Of a stretch of 32,000 nucleotides of DNA, positions 1 to 9,129 are shown piece after piece. The notes under the pieces were generated by a model that made no database searches, had not been told where the DNA came from, and was given only the letters and a program-made list of their open reading frames with translations. The translations under genes were made by a program, and so were the position numbers. Every line of letters begins with the position of its first letter. The stretch's first letter is position 1. The stretch spans positions 270,001 to 302,000 of the forward strand of contig CAVRAI010000001.1 of NCBI GenBank assembly GCA_963718915.1, in the 5' to 3' direction. The DNA is from an uncultured Chloroflexia bacterium (GTDB lineage: Bacteria > Chloroflexota > Ktedonobacteria > Ktedonobacterales > JADMIN01).

Positions 1-828
1 AAGGGCGATTTCATCGCCGACCTGCGCGAGTCCTGGCAGGGTGAGACGATTGCGCCAGACGGTGTGAGTGAGTCCGCGCTGACGCTCAGCAGCGTCGTCG
101 CGATCCTCGCGCCCGCGCTGGCGCTCGTGATGCTGCCAGTGCCCGGCAATCCACTGGTGACGGCGATTGGCCTGAAGGGCGATCTGGTGGCGGAGGGCGC
201 GCTGTTGCTGGGGCTGCCGCTGGCGCGATTGTTTGTCGGCTGGCTGACGCCGACCCCCCTCACGCGCATTGCCGCCGACCGAGGCGCGCGCTTGCTAGCC
301 GGGGCGGCGCTCTCCCTGACGCTCTCACTCACCGCCATCGCCCAGCAGTTCGACACGCTGACGATTGCCAACGCGCCCATCAAAGCGCCCAGCGGTATCT
401 TGATCGCCGCGCGCGTGTTGGCCGCGCTTGCCTTTATCTGTGTGCTGCCCGTGCTCACGCGCATCACCGCGATTCGCGAGCCGCGCGACGCCGAGGATAC
501 AGCCCCCGACGAGTTGCTGGAGGTCACGGGGCGCGACCGCTTCTGCTTCCGGCTTGGCGAGGCGATTCAGCTTGCGGCGACCGCGGGCTTTTTCCTTGCA
601 GTCTTCGTCATGCCCTTCTTCTCCGTGGCGCCACAGGGCGCGGCCATGGCGATCATCTGGATCGTCGGGCTGCTACTGACGGCGGCGGGCATTGGCGTGT
701 GGGACGCGCTACGCCGACAGATGCCCGTGGGCAACGATCATCCACCGCTGACCTGGTGGCTGGGCTGGCCACTGCTGATCTCGTTGGCGGCGCTGGTCGT
801 CACCGCCTGGGCCACGCGCGGGGTCTAG
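1..828 (+). CDS. hypothetical polytopic membrane protein, 5' end probably outside the window
   Basis: Frame 1 is open from base 1; KGDFIADLRESWQGETIAPDG precedes the GTG at 64. Ala/Leu-rich product with several hydrophobic spans. No family motif recognised. Confidence 0.55.
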   Translation, partial: KGDFIADLRESWQGETIAPDGVSESALTLSSVVAILAPALALVMLPVPGNPLVTAIGLKGDLVAEGALLLGLPLARLFVGWLTPTPLTRIAADRGARLLAGAALSLTLSLTAIAQQFDTLTIANAPIKAPSGILIAARVLAALAFICVLPVLTRITAIREPRDAEDTAPDELLEVTGRDRFCFRLGEAIQLAATAGFFLAVFVMPFFSVAPQGAAMAIIWIVGLLLTAAGIGVWDALRRQMPVGNDHPPLTWWLGWPLLISLAALVVTAWATRGV

Positions 829-856
829 CCGGGCCACGATCTGCGCAGTTGAGTGG

Positions 857-885
857 AACCTGTCAGATGAGATGTCTGGCAGGTT
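857..885 (+). terminator. candidate hairpin terminator after the first gene
   Basis: AACCTGTCAGA / TCTGGCAGGTT, an 11-bp stem with one G.U pair and a 7-nt loop, 29 nt after the stop at 828. The following U-tract is weak (CGTTGCATT). Confidence 0.35.
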
Positions 886-1187
886 CGTTGCATTCACGCT
901 TGTGAACGATACGTCCCAACGGCATATTTGCAGGTTCTTGCCTCCTCTCATCCCCATGTGTTGATGTTCCCATACATACTTCTGGTATAGAATGCCTCAG
1001 CATAATGTATGCCTTGTGCGCGTAAACCCAACAATGTACACCTATTCTCTTTTGCTGACACGGATGATATAGTGACTTTGCATTGACCTGGTCAGCCAAT
1101 TTGTAAAGCAAGCGAAGCATAACCAAGCAAACCGGATAACACTTCCCGCGCGTTTCCTCGTACTGTTTTGCTGTTGAATGAGGATAA

Positions 1188-1373
1188 GGCTCGCGTATGA
1201 ATTGCCCACAATGTCAAGACTGCTCGTTGTGTGGCCATCGACAGACGCTCTCCCTCGACAACCGCGTCAACCGCACCTACACCTGTCTCTGTTGTGGCAT
1301 CGTCGTAGACCGCGACTGCAACGCGAGCCGGAACATATTAAGACTGGGACGACAGTCTCTGGCGTCGGCCTAA
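1188..1373 (+). pseudogene. tnpB: C-terminal remnant of an IS200/IS605-family TnpB (OrfB zinc-ribbon region)
   Basis: A short ORF absent from the track (ATG 1197, TAA 1371-1373) translates to MNCPQCQDCSLCGHRQTLSLDNRVNRTYTCLCCGIVVDRDCNASRNILRLGRQSLASA. This is the CxxC...CxxC plus DRD-x-NA-x-x-NIL signature of TnpB C-termini. The frame is closed by TAA at 1185, and no RuvC or N-terminal part lies upstream. Confidence 0.7.
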
Positions 1374-1610
1374 CCGAGCTTAGAAACTGTTATGCACTCA
1401 AGGTCGAACGGCCCAGGAAGCCTAGAATACGAGACTGGAAGAGCGGCAGAACGCCAGGAGAGGTGCAAAACCACACAACTGAGCGATGATACGAGCGGCT
1501 TTAGCCTCATCGCGTGTCCAATTCTACAGCGTTCTACGATAGTCACCGTCAAGTCTTTAACAGGCTCTAGGCTAAAACCACCTGAGACGCCAATAGACGA
1601 GGGAGCGGAG

Positions 1611-3512
1611 ATGATGCATACGGATAGATTGCGTTGGCGGCTGTCAGGTATTCTGTCTTCGGCGCTGCTCATCTCCGCCCTGTGTGTGGGCGGCTGTACC
1701 CCGGCGCTGCACGGCGCGTCCAGCACGACATCGGCGCAACTGGGCAACGGCGTGTTGGCATGGCCCTTCGATACCCATTCTGGCGCGTGGGTGATTGAGA
1801 ATGGCTACAACTGGAACGCCAGCAACGGTGGTCTCGATCATGGCTGTTCATCTTATGGGCAAACCTGCTACGAACAAGATTCCTTCGACTTCCAGATCAG
1901 TGGCCCTCAAGGCAGCACAATTGGCGCGCAAGTGTTGAGTCCAGTCGCTGGGAGTCTGGTAGACTTCCAGAGCGCTGTTCCAGGTGATGGTAGTTCGGGT
2001 TATTGTGTCTCGATTGGCGTGAATAGCCATCCAGGTTATCACGTCCTGATCTGCCATTTACAGCGCGAGGTATCTGATCGCACCGTCACACGCGGCGATG
2101 TCATTGGGCAGGTAGCCGGTGGTAAATATGGCGATCACATCCACATGACGCTCTATTATCTGAATCCCAGTGACGGGAACGATACCGTGGCGAATGCGTC
2201 CAAACGCAAAGCGGTACCCTTCACGGTTCCCTGGACAATTGCGGGCTGCATGTACACCCCAAGTGGGAAAACAAATGAATGGGCAGGTACTGCGGTTCCC
2301 TGTGGCAATCAGGTGATTAACGCCACTCAACCACCGTCACCTCCTTCAACGGCGTACGCTGTCGGCGATAATGGAACGCTCGATGCGCTCAACTCCGTCA
2401 CGGGAGACGTACAATGGAGCGTGCGGGTAGGCGGACAGGCGTCAGCCGGGCTGCCGAGAGCTTATCTTGATTTGGTCTCAGATAACATACTGTTTGTAAC
2501 AGCCGCTCAACCGGACCCCTCAATCCCCAATTTGCCAGGTGTGGGCCATTTGACTGCCATCGATATTCTCACGCACCAGATGCTATGGACTACCCATAAA
2601 ACGGTTGTCTTTCTCGCGGAGCGAGACGGTACCGCCTATGTCAGTGACTCTACGGGAATCGCGGCTCTTGATGCTCGCAGCGATAAGCTTCTCTGGCACT
2701 ACGACGAGCCACAGTCATATCCACTCGGCTTCGGCTTGAGCAATGGGGTAGCATATCTCAGCTATTCGCAGGATGCGACACATGGCTACCTGGACGCGAT
2801 CAAACTCAGCGATGGCTCGAAGCTCTGGCATAGCGCACTGCCAGGGCCGGCGCTCGATGCCCTCGATGTGGTGAATGGAATCGTCTATACCACAGCTCGC
2901 GGGAACCAGTTTGTGCAATGGTTGACGGCCTTTGCGGCGCAAACAGGTCAACGATTATGGAGCGTGCAGGATGAAGGAACCAGCATTGATATTCTAACGG
3001 CGAACGGCCTTGTCTATGCCCATACCGTTGGCTCAGATCCCACTGGAAATCTTTTGGTGCTGGATGCGCAGACCGGACGGATCAAAGCGGGATTTGGGAA
3101 TCACCAACAGGGATGTGTATTTGGCTCACCCCTGCTTGCTAATGGTGTGTTATATGTGGGATGTGGCGTGAGTGGCGACAGTAGCGGCGAAGTCATAGCA
3201 TATAACGCTGAATCTGGATCACTGCTATGGCGCCAGGCGACAACGGGCGAATATATCTTTCCTCTCGGACGACAGGGGAATGTTATCTACGCCCTCGGAC
3301 AGTACGATGGCAACGTGAATGCCACAACCTCAGCACTGCAAACCAGCAATGGCAGTGTCTTGTGGCAGCATCCGGGCAGTTATGTTACAGCAACGGGAAG
3401 TGTTGCCCTCATGGCCAGTGGAAATACACTCTCCGCGCTCGACCCCGCTACTGGACACACGCTCTGGCAGACCAGCGAGCTTGGGGCGGATATTCAGGCG
3501 CTCATCGCGTAA
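1611..3512 (+). CDS. lipoprotein with an M23-like peptidase domain fused to a PQQ/BamB-like beta-propeller repeat domain
   Basis: Likely start is ATGATG at 1611 after GGGAGCGGAG. Signal peptide with lipobox VGGC (LISALCVGGCTP). M23-like motifs: VLSPVAGSLV, GYHVLICHLQ, VTRGDVIGQVAGG, GDHIHMTLY (HxH). About 8 repeats follow of the type LDALNSVTGDVQWS, LDARSDKLLWHY, LDAQTGR, YNAESGSLLWRQ, LDPATGHTLWQT. Confidence 0.8.
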   Translation: MMHTDRLRWRLSGILSSALLISALCVGGCTPALHGASSTTSAQLGNGVLAWPFDTHSGAWVIENGYNWNASNGGLDHGCSSYGQTCYEQDSFDFQISGPQGSTIGAQVLSPVAGSLVDFQSAVPGDGSSGYCVSIGVNSHPGYHVLICHLQREVSDRTVTRGDVIGQVAGGKYGDHIHMTLYYLNPSDGNDTVANASKRKAVPFTVPWTIAGCMYTPSGKTNEWAGTAVPCGNQVINATQPPSPPSTAYAVGDNGTLDALNSVTGDVQWSVRVGGQASAGLPRAYLDLVSDNILFVTAAQPDPSIPNLPGVGHLTAIDILTHQMLWTTHKTVVFLAERDGTAYVSDSTGIAALDARSDKLLWHYDEPQSYPLGFGLSNGVAYLSYSQDATHGYLDAIKLSDGSKLWHSALPGPALDALDVVNGIVYTTARGNQFVQWLTAFAAQTGQRLWSVQDEGTSIDILTANGLVYAHTVGSDPTGNLLVLDAQTGRIKAGFGNHQQGCVFGSPLLANGVLYVGCGVSGDSSGEVIAYNAESGSLLWRQATTGEYIFPLGRQGNVIYALGQYDGNVNATTSALQTSNGSVLWQHPGSYVTATGSVALMASGNTLSALDPATGHTLWQTSELGADIQALIA

Positions 3513-3516
3513 TCGC

Positions 3517-5418
3517 CTACGACAGCCCGGCGAGCGCTTCTTCCTCCACATCGGCGGCCTCGCGGAACTGCTCGCGATACAGCTGGGCGTAGAGGCCGCC
3601 GCGCGCGATCAGTTCGGCGTGCGTGCCACGCTCGACGATGCGCCCGCCATCCACCACCAGAATCTGGTCGGCGGCAAGAATCGTGGAGAGCCTGTGGGCA
3701 ATCGCAATCGTCGTCCGGTTCACCATCAGCCGCTCCAGCGCCGCCTGAATCAGCCGCTCAGAGTGCGTATCGAGCGCGCTGGTCGCCTCATCCAGAATCA
3801 GGATGCGCGGGTCTTTCAGGATAACGCGGGCGATGGCGATGCGCTGCTTCTCGCCGCCGGAGAGCTTATAGCCGCGCTCGCCCACCACCGTATCGTACTT
3901 TTCGGGCAACTCCATGATGCGGTCGTGGATGGCCGCCGTCTGGGCCGCGCGTTCTAGCTCCTCCTCGCTGGCGTCGGGTTTGGCATAGCGCAGGTTCTCG
4001 CGGATGGTCGTATGGAAGAGGTACGTCTCCTGCGTGACCATCCCAATGACCTCGCCCAGGCTTTCCAGCGTCACATCACGCACATCGTGGCCGTCAATCG
4101 TCACCGCGCCACTCTCCGCGTCATACAGGCGCGGCGTCAGATAGGTGATCGTCGTCTTGCCCGCGCCGCTCGGCCCTACCAGCGCCGTCAACTGGCCCGG
4201 CTTCACGTCGAATGAGATGTCGTCCAGCGCGGGCCGCTCGGTGTCGGGCCGATAGTGGAACGTCACGTGATCCATCGTCACCTCGCCGCGCACCGTCTCT
4301 GGCGTGAGCGTGAGCGCGTCGGGCTTATCGGTGATGTCATGGGGCATATCGAGGTATTCGAAGACACGGTCAAAGAGCGCCAGCGCGCCCTGAATCTCGA
4401 CCTGCACGCTCAGCAACTGGCCTATCGGGAAGAAGAGGCGGCTCTGGAGCGTGGTGAAGGCGACAAGCGTGCCAATCTGCTCGGCGATATTCCCGCTGGG
4501 AGTATGCCCAGGGCCGAATGACAGATACCCAAAGAGCAGGTAGACCAGCGCTGGCGTAATCGAGAAGAACGTCCCAATCATCATCATGAACCAGCGGCCA
4601 ATCATCTGCTGGCGGATTTGCAGGCCGACGAGATGCTCGTTCTCTTTGCCGAAGCGCCCAATCTCCTGCTTCTGGCGGCCAAACGTCTTGGTAAGCAGCA
4701 CGCCGCTGACCGAGAGCGTCTCCTCCACCATCGCCGAGAGTTCCGCCAGCGAGATTTGCGTATCCTTGCTGATGGCGCGGCGCACCTTGCCGATGCGATA
4801 GGTCATCCAGAGGAAGAGCGGCAACAGCCCCAGCGAGAGGATCGTCAGCCGCCAATCGAGGAAGAACATGCCGACGATGGTCGAGAGCGCAATGGTTATA
4901 TTCGAGACGACCGAAGTGGCGGTATCGGTGACGACGGACTGCACACCGCCGATGTCGTTCGAGAGGCGCGACTGAATCTCGCCGGTGCGAGTGTCGGTGA
5001 AAAACTTGAGGGGCATCCGTTGCAGATGGCTGTACAACTGGTTGCGCAGATCACGCATCACACTCTGGCCAACGCGCGTATTGAGCCATGTCTGCCCGAC
5101 GCCGATCAGGCCGGTAATCATCGGGGTAATAACCATGACGCCGACGAAGAGGCAGAGTAGCTTGAAGTTCTGCTGGGCAAAGCCAATCGAGATGGCGAAT
5201 TTGAGCATATAGGGGTTGACGATGCCAAGCGCGCTGACCACCATAATCGCCAGCAGCACGATGGCGACCTCTTTGCGATAGGGCTTGAACGCCGACGCCA
5301 CCCGCCGCACCGTCTTGATATCGGCCTTACGTGTTGGCTCCTCCATCTGATACCGCGACATCCGATTATAGCGCCCACCACCACCACCACCACCACGCAT
5401 CACTCCGTGTCCAATCAT
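3517..5418 (-). CDS. ABC transporter, fused permease/ATP-binding exporter (MsbA/type I exporter-like)
   Basis: Walker A GPSGAGKTT, signature LSGGEKQRIAIAR, Walker B ILILDEATSALD, H-loop IAHRLST, with an N-terminal 6-TM domain. ATG at 5418 follows GAGAGGA. The track start at 5427 is TTG, and ATG 5361 is an alternative. Confidence 0.9.
   Translation of the reverse strand: MIGHGVMRGGGGGGGRYNRMSRYQMEEPTRKADIKTVRRVASAFKPYRKEVAIVLLAIMVVSALGIVNPYMLKFAISIGFAQQNFKLLCLFVGVMVITPMITGLIGVGQTWLNTRVGQSVMRDLRNQLYSHLQRMPLKFFTDTRTGEIQSRLSNDIGGVQSVVTDTATSVVSNITIALSTIVGMFFLDWRLTILSLGLLPLFLWMTYRIGKVRRAISKDTQISLAELSAMVEETLSVSGVLLTKTFGRQKQEIGRFGKENEHLVGLQIRQQMIGRWFMMMIGTFFSITPALVYLLFGYLSFGPGHTPSGNIAEQIGTLVAFTTLQSRLFFPIGQLLSVQVEIQGALALFDRVFEYLDMPHDITDKPDALTLTPETVRGEVTMDHVTFHYRPDTERPALDDISFDVKPGQLTALVGPSGAGKTTITYLTPRLYDAESGAVTIDGHDVRDVTLESLGEVIGMVTQETYLFHTTIRENLRYAKPDASEEELERAAQTAAIHDRIMELPEKYDTVVGERGYKLSGGEKQRIAIARVILKDPRILILDEATSALDTHSERLIQAALERLMVNRTTIAIAHRLSTILAADQILVVDGGRIVERGTHAELIARGGLYAQLYREQFREAADVEEEALAGLS
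5375..5395. repeat. (CCA)7 trinucleotide microsatellite, encoding the Gly7 run of the ABC exporter N-terminus
   Basis: cca x7 read directly on the + strand. On the - strand it reads GGT x6 + GGG, giving MRGGGGGGGRY. Confidence 0.9.
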
Positions 5419-5566
5419 CAGGGGCAAATCCTCTCAGGGGTAGTGCAGGTCATTAGTCTAGTTATTTCTGCGTAGTTTCTCCTGTATAGCATCGTACCAC
5501 GCCGCGCTTGCCACACGCACTGGCAGAAAGGCCAGTTGACGGCTATGCTTTTGACACGCGCGGGCG

Positions 5567-5575
5567 TGGTAAAAT
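5567..5575 (+). promoter_or_regulatory. candidate extended -10 promoter (TGgTAAAAT) for aspA
   Basis: TGGTAAAAT lies about 80 nt upstream of ATG 5654. GGAGG at 5638-5642 serves as the SD. The nearby TTGACA at 5551 is badly spaced (13 nt). Confidence 0.3.
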
Positions 5576-5653
5576 AGCAACTGGCTCTCGGTATTTCCCT
5601 GTTTTCTCGAAATTGCTGAGGCAACGTCGCCCCGGCAGGAGGCATATGAGTCC

Positions 5654-7138
5654 ATGACCAACGCAGATAACGCGGATAACGCGGATGCACAGCCAGCCGA
5701 CGCACGCATCGAACACGATTCACTTGGCGATAAAGCGGTGCCAGCTTCGGCGCTCTATGGCGTGCAGACGCAGCGCGCCGTCGAGAACTACCCCGTCAGC
5801 GGCATGCGCGCCCATCCGGCGATGATTCGCGCGACGGTGCTGGTGAAGAAGGCGGCGGCGCTCTCCAATCGCGACACCGGACGCCTTGACGCGCACATTG
5901 CCGATGCCATCGTCCAGGCCGCCGACGAGATACTGGACGGCCAGTGGCACGAGCACTTCGTGGTGGATGTCTATCAGGCGGGCGCGGGCACCTCACACAA
6001 TATGAACGCCAACGAGGTGCTGGCCAACCGCGCCATCGAGATTCTCGGCGGCAAGCGCGGCGACTACAAGCTGGTTCATCCCAACGATCACGTGAACATG
6101 GCGCAGTCCACCAACGACACCTTCCCCACGGCGATGCGCGTGGCGACGATGCTGATGGTGCGCGAGACGCTGCCTGTGCTGGAGGAGCTGGCCGCCGCGT
6201 TCGAGGCGAAAGGGCGCGAGTTCGACGGCATCGTGAAGTCGGGCCGGACGCATTTGCAGGACGCGACGCCGATCCGTCTCGGCCAGGAGTTCGCTGCCTA
6301 TGGGCTGACACTGCGCCGCGATGTCGCGCGCATCCACGACGCCAGCAACACCCTGCTGGAGCTGAACATCGGCGGGACGGCCGTTGGCACCGGGCTAAAC
6401 GCGGAACTCGCCTATATCGACGCGATGGTGAAGCATCTCAGCGAGCTGACGGGCTTCGCCTTCCGCCGCGCGGAGTCGCTGGTGCAGATCGCGCCGAGCA
6501 TGGCGTCGTTCCTGGAGGTCTCCGGCGCGGTACGGGTGCTGGCCAGCGACCTGAGCAAGATTGCCAACGACCTGCGGCTGCTGGCGTCCGGGCCAGCCAC
6601 TGGCTTCTACGAGATTGTGCTGCCCGCGGTGCAGCCGGGTTCGTCGATCATGCCGGGCAAGGTCAACCCCTCGATTGCCGAGATGGTGAACCAGGTCTGC
6701 TTCCAGGTCTTCGGCTTCGATACGACGGTCAGCTACGCCGCACAGGCGGGGCAGCTTGAGTTGAATGTGATGATGCCGGTCATCATCCACAACGTGCTCT
6801 GGTCGTTCACGATCCTCAAGAACGCGATGGCGACCTTCACCACGCGCTGTGTCGTGGGCATCAAGGCCAACGCCAATCGCGCCGAGGAGTATGCGTTCAA
6901 GAGCGCGAGTCTGGTGACGGCGCTGGCCCCCTACATCGGCTACGAGGCGTCCGCCGCGATTGCCAAGGAGCAGATTCAGACGGGCCGCGATATCCGCGAC
7001 ATCGTGCGCGAGCGTAACCTGCTGCCGGAATCTGATCTGGCAGAGATTCTGAAGCCTGAGGCGATGACCGAGCCGGGCATCGCGGGCCAGGGAAAAACGA
7101 AGACGCCGATTCTTGGCGGAGCCAGCGCGGGCGGATGA
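5654..7138 (+). CDS. aspA: aspartate ammonia-lyase (class II fumarase/aspartase family)
   Basis: GSSIMPGKVNP signature. QSTNDTFPT, VNQVCFQVFGFDTTV and AGQLELNVMMPVI resemble AspA rather than FumC. 494 aa. Confidence 0.85.
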   Translation: MTNADNADNADAQPADARIEHDSLGDKAVPASALYGVQTQRAVENYPVSGMRAHPAMIRATVLVKKAAALSNRDTGRLDAHIADAIVQAADEILDGQWHEHFVVDVYQAGAGTSHNMNANEVLANRAIEILGGKRGDYKLVHPNDHVNMAQSTNDTFPTAMRVATMLMVRETLPVLEELAAAFEAKGREFDGIVKSGRTHLQDATPIRLGQEFAAYGLTLRRDVARIHDASNTLLELNIGGTAVGTGLNAELAYIDAMVKHLSELTGFAFRRAESLVQIAPSMASFLEVSGAVRVLASDLSKIANDLRLLASGPATGFYEIVLPAVQPGSSIMPGKVNPSIAEMVNQVCFQVFGFDTTVSYAAQAGQLELNVMMPVIIHNVLWSFTILKNAMATFTTRCVVGIKANANRAEEYAFKSASLVTALAPYIGYEASAAIAKEQIQTGRDIRDIVRERNLLPESDLAEILKPEAMTEPGIAGQGKTKTPILGGASAGG

Positions 7139-7244
7139 TGCTGGCGGCTGGATTTCCTGCGGGCCGCGATTGAGGTAAATGAGCGCGCCACAGGCTGAGA
7201 ACTAGGCGGCTCATCCTGTTCGTTCGGTATCCTCGCTGACGGCG

Positions 7245-7343
7245 AACGGCGTCGTGGGTTGAGCAGGCCGGAGCGTCAACGCTCCGGCGAATGTCTGGAT
7301 ACTTCGGGAAGAGACATTCGCCGTGGTCTTCAGGCTACGACCT
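7245..7343 (+). repeat. structured GC-rich intergenic repeat, copy C (REP/MITE-like family)
   Basis: CCGGAGCG-TCAA-CGCTCCGG (7268-7287). CGGCGAATGTCT...AGACATTCGCCG (7285-7296 / 7312-7323). Then a degenerate TTCA-loop hairpin (GTGGTC-TTCA-GGCTAC). Same architecture as the copies at 16782 and 22142. Confidence 0.5.
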
Positions 7344-7427
7344 GGTTGCCCTGGACATCCGCCGCCATGCGGTTTCTACGTTCACCGTAACGCTCACTAT
7401 CAACCATTGCCTCACAGGTGACAACAC

Positions 7428-8201
7428 ATGACCGACTTTGTCTCGCGCGACTACCCTATCCTCGAATTCGACGATGCGCCGGAGGGCGTGCTGGAGCCGT
7501 CGCGGCTCATCAAGCCGCGAGATGTGCCGGAGCATGCGGTGCTCTGCTTCTTCAATGAGGTCATCACCCAGCTCAGCCAGCAGCATGAGATGCGCGTCGT
7601 CAAGCATCTGCGGAGCGAGATGGGCACGCACCCCGTCTACGAGATGGAGTTCCAGGGCAAGCGTCTGGCGATATTCCATCCGGGTGTCGGCGCGCCGCTG
7701 GCATCCGCGATGCTCGAAGAGGTGATCGCGCTGGGCTGCCGCAAATTCATCGCCTGTGGTGGTTGTGGTGTGCTCGATAGCAGCATCGCGATGGGTCATC
7801 CGCTGATTCCGCTCTCCGCCATCCGCGACGAGGGCACCTCGTATCACTATCTGCCGCCGAGCCGCGAGGTGACGCCCAGCCTTGAGGGCATCGCTGCGCT
7901 CGAGGCGACATTGCGGGCGCACGAGGTTGGCTACCTGACCGCCAAAACGTGGACAACCGACGCCATCTACCGCGAGACGCCCGCTAAGGTGCAGCAACGC
8001 CTGGCGGAGGGCTGCCTGATGGTCGAGATGGAGGCGGCGGCGTTCTTCGCGGTGGCGCAGTTCCGTGGCGTGACCTTCGCCCAGGTGCTCTACGGCGGTG
8101 ACGATGTCGGTGGCGCGGAATGGAGCGCGCGTGAATGGGCGTCGCATTCGGGGCGCGAGGCGCTTTTCTGGCTGGCCGCCGAGGCGTGTCTGCGGCTGTG
8201 A
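7428..8201 (+). CDS. nucleoside phosphorylase (PNP/UDP family 1)
   Basis: Family-typical FHPGVGAPLA, TSYHYLP and CLMVEMEAAAFFAVAQFRGV motifs. The larger antisense ORF 7335-8147 is Arg-rich and looks like a shadow frame. Confidence 0.85.
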   Translation: MTDFVSRDYPILEFDDAPEGVLEPSRLIKPRDVPEHAVLCFFNEVITQLSQQHEMRVVKHLRSEMGTHPVYEMEFQGKRLAIFHPGVGAPLASAMLEEVIALGCRKFIACGGCGVLDSSIAMGHPLIPLSAIRDEGTSYHYLPPSREVTPSLEGIAALEATLRAHEVGYLTAKTWTTDAIYRETPAKVQQRLAEGCLMVEMEAAAFFAVAQFRGVTFAQVLYGGDDVGGAEWSAREWASHSGREALFWLAAEACLRL

Positions 8202-8228
8202 ATGGTACTCCGTTTCGTGCGTCTGGCG

Positions 8229-8286
8229 CCTGCTCGCGATATACTAACACGATATACTAAAATGTATATCGCAAGAAACGAGCAGG
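8229..8286 (+). promoter_or_regulatory. nested palindrome with embedded direct repeats and two TATACT boxes just upstream of mgtC
   Basis: Outer arms CCTGCTCG (8229-8236) / CGAGCAGG (8279-8286). Inner arms GCGATATAC (8236-8244) / GTATATCGC (8264-8272). Direct repeat CGATATACTAA at 8237-8247 and 8250-8260. TATACT at 8240 and 8253. ATG at 8290. Confidence 0.4.
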
Positions 8287-8289
8287 CCC

Positions 8290-9129
8290 ATGTATATGGA
8301 AGTATTTGTACGTCTGGTTGTCGCAGCAGTGCTGGGTTCCCTGATTGGCCTCGAACGCGAGCGTCTGGATCGCGGCGCTGGATTGCGCACTCACGCGCTT
8401 GTGGCGACCGCCTCGGCGCTTATTATCATCGTTTCCGCATATGGATTCTCCGATGTGATCGAACCGGGCCGCATTGTCCTTGACCCGTCACGTATCGCCG
8501 CGCAGGTGGTGAGCGGCATTGGCTTCCTGGGCGCTGGCACCATCATTCTGCGCAAGAACGCCATTCACGGGCTGACGACCGCAGCCAGCGTCTGGGCTGT
8601 GGCGGGCATTGGCCTCGCTGCGGGAGCGGGTCTCTATATCGCCGCCGCCGCGACCACCGCCATTCTGCTGGCTATCTTGCTGGCGCTCAAGCCCATCGAG
8701 GGCCGCATCTTCCCGCACAAGCGCAACTGGCGTATCACCCTGCGCGCTGAGACGCATCCCGGACAGGTGATGGCCATCGAGGAGCGTATCAATGCGTTGC
8801 ATCTGGAGCTGCGGCGGATCGAGCTGCTCCCGGATAAGGCCAACGGCGTGACAACTTTCCGGCTGGACATACGCGGAGGAGAGGCCTCATCCCTCGCCAC
8901 ACTGGCCGAGGTGTTGCAACATATTCCAGGTGCGCGCGCCGTCTCGTTCCGTGGCCAAAACGGCGCGCCAGCCGAGCAGGCAGGCGAAAGCCGCGCGGCC
9001 ACCCGTGACGGTTGGTCTACTACTCATCCTCGTCGAAGACCACCGCCGTGGATGGGTCGAAGACTGGGTCGGGGTTATCATCGGGCGCATCTGGGCAGCC
9101 GAGCGCGACCCAGGCGTCGTAGACCCTGA
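8290..9129 (+). CDS. MgtC/SapB family membrane protein
   Basis: N-terminal MgtC signature LVVAAVLGSLIGLERE...GLRTH...QVVSGIGFLGAGTI, plus a C-terminal ACT-like part. The last ~40 codons (after ~9000) are Arg-rich with low GC3 and overlap a better-looking antisense fragment. The tail may be read-through. Confidence 0.8.
   Translation: MYMEVFVRLVVAAVLGSLIGLERERLDRGAGLRTHALVATASALIIIVSAYGFSDVIEPGRIVLDPSRIAAQVVSGIGFLGAGTIILRKNAIHGLTTAASVWAVAGIGLAAGAGLYIAAAATTAILLAILLALKPIEGRIFPHKRNWRITLRAETHPGQVMAIEERINALHLELRRIELLPDKANGVTTFRLDIRGGEASSLATLAEVLQHIPGARAVSFRGQNGAPAEQAGESRAATRDGWSTTHPRRRPPPWMGRRLGRGYHRAHLGSRARPRRRRP

Noticed and set aside
1392-1610. 73-codon N-terminal extension of the 706-aa ORF (MHSRSNGPGSLEYETGRAAER...).
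   Set aside because: The extension overlaps the TnpB-remnant flank and has no coding character. A strong ATGATG start with GGGAGCGGAG and a lipoprotein signal peptide begins at 1611.
7335-8147. Long antisense ORFs opposite well-supported genes. Also 5796-6311, 15785-16645, 18945-19859, 26094-26900, 27692-28627 and 31493-31894.
   Set aside because: These are Arg/Ala/Pro-rich products typical of shadow frames in GC-rich DNA. In each case the opposite strand encodes a protein with clear family motifs.
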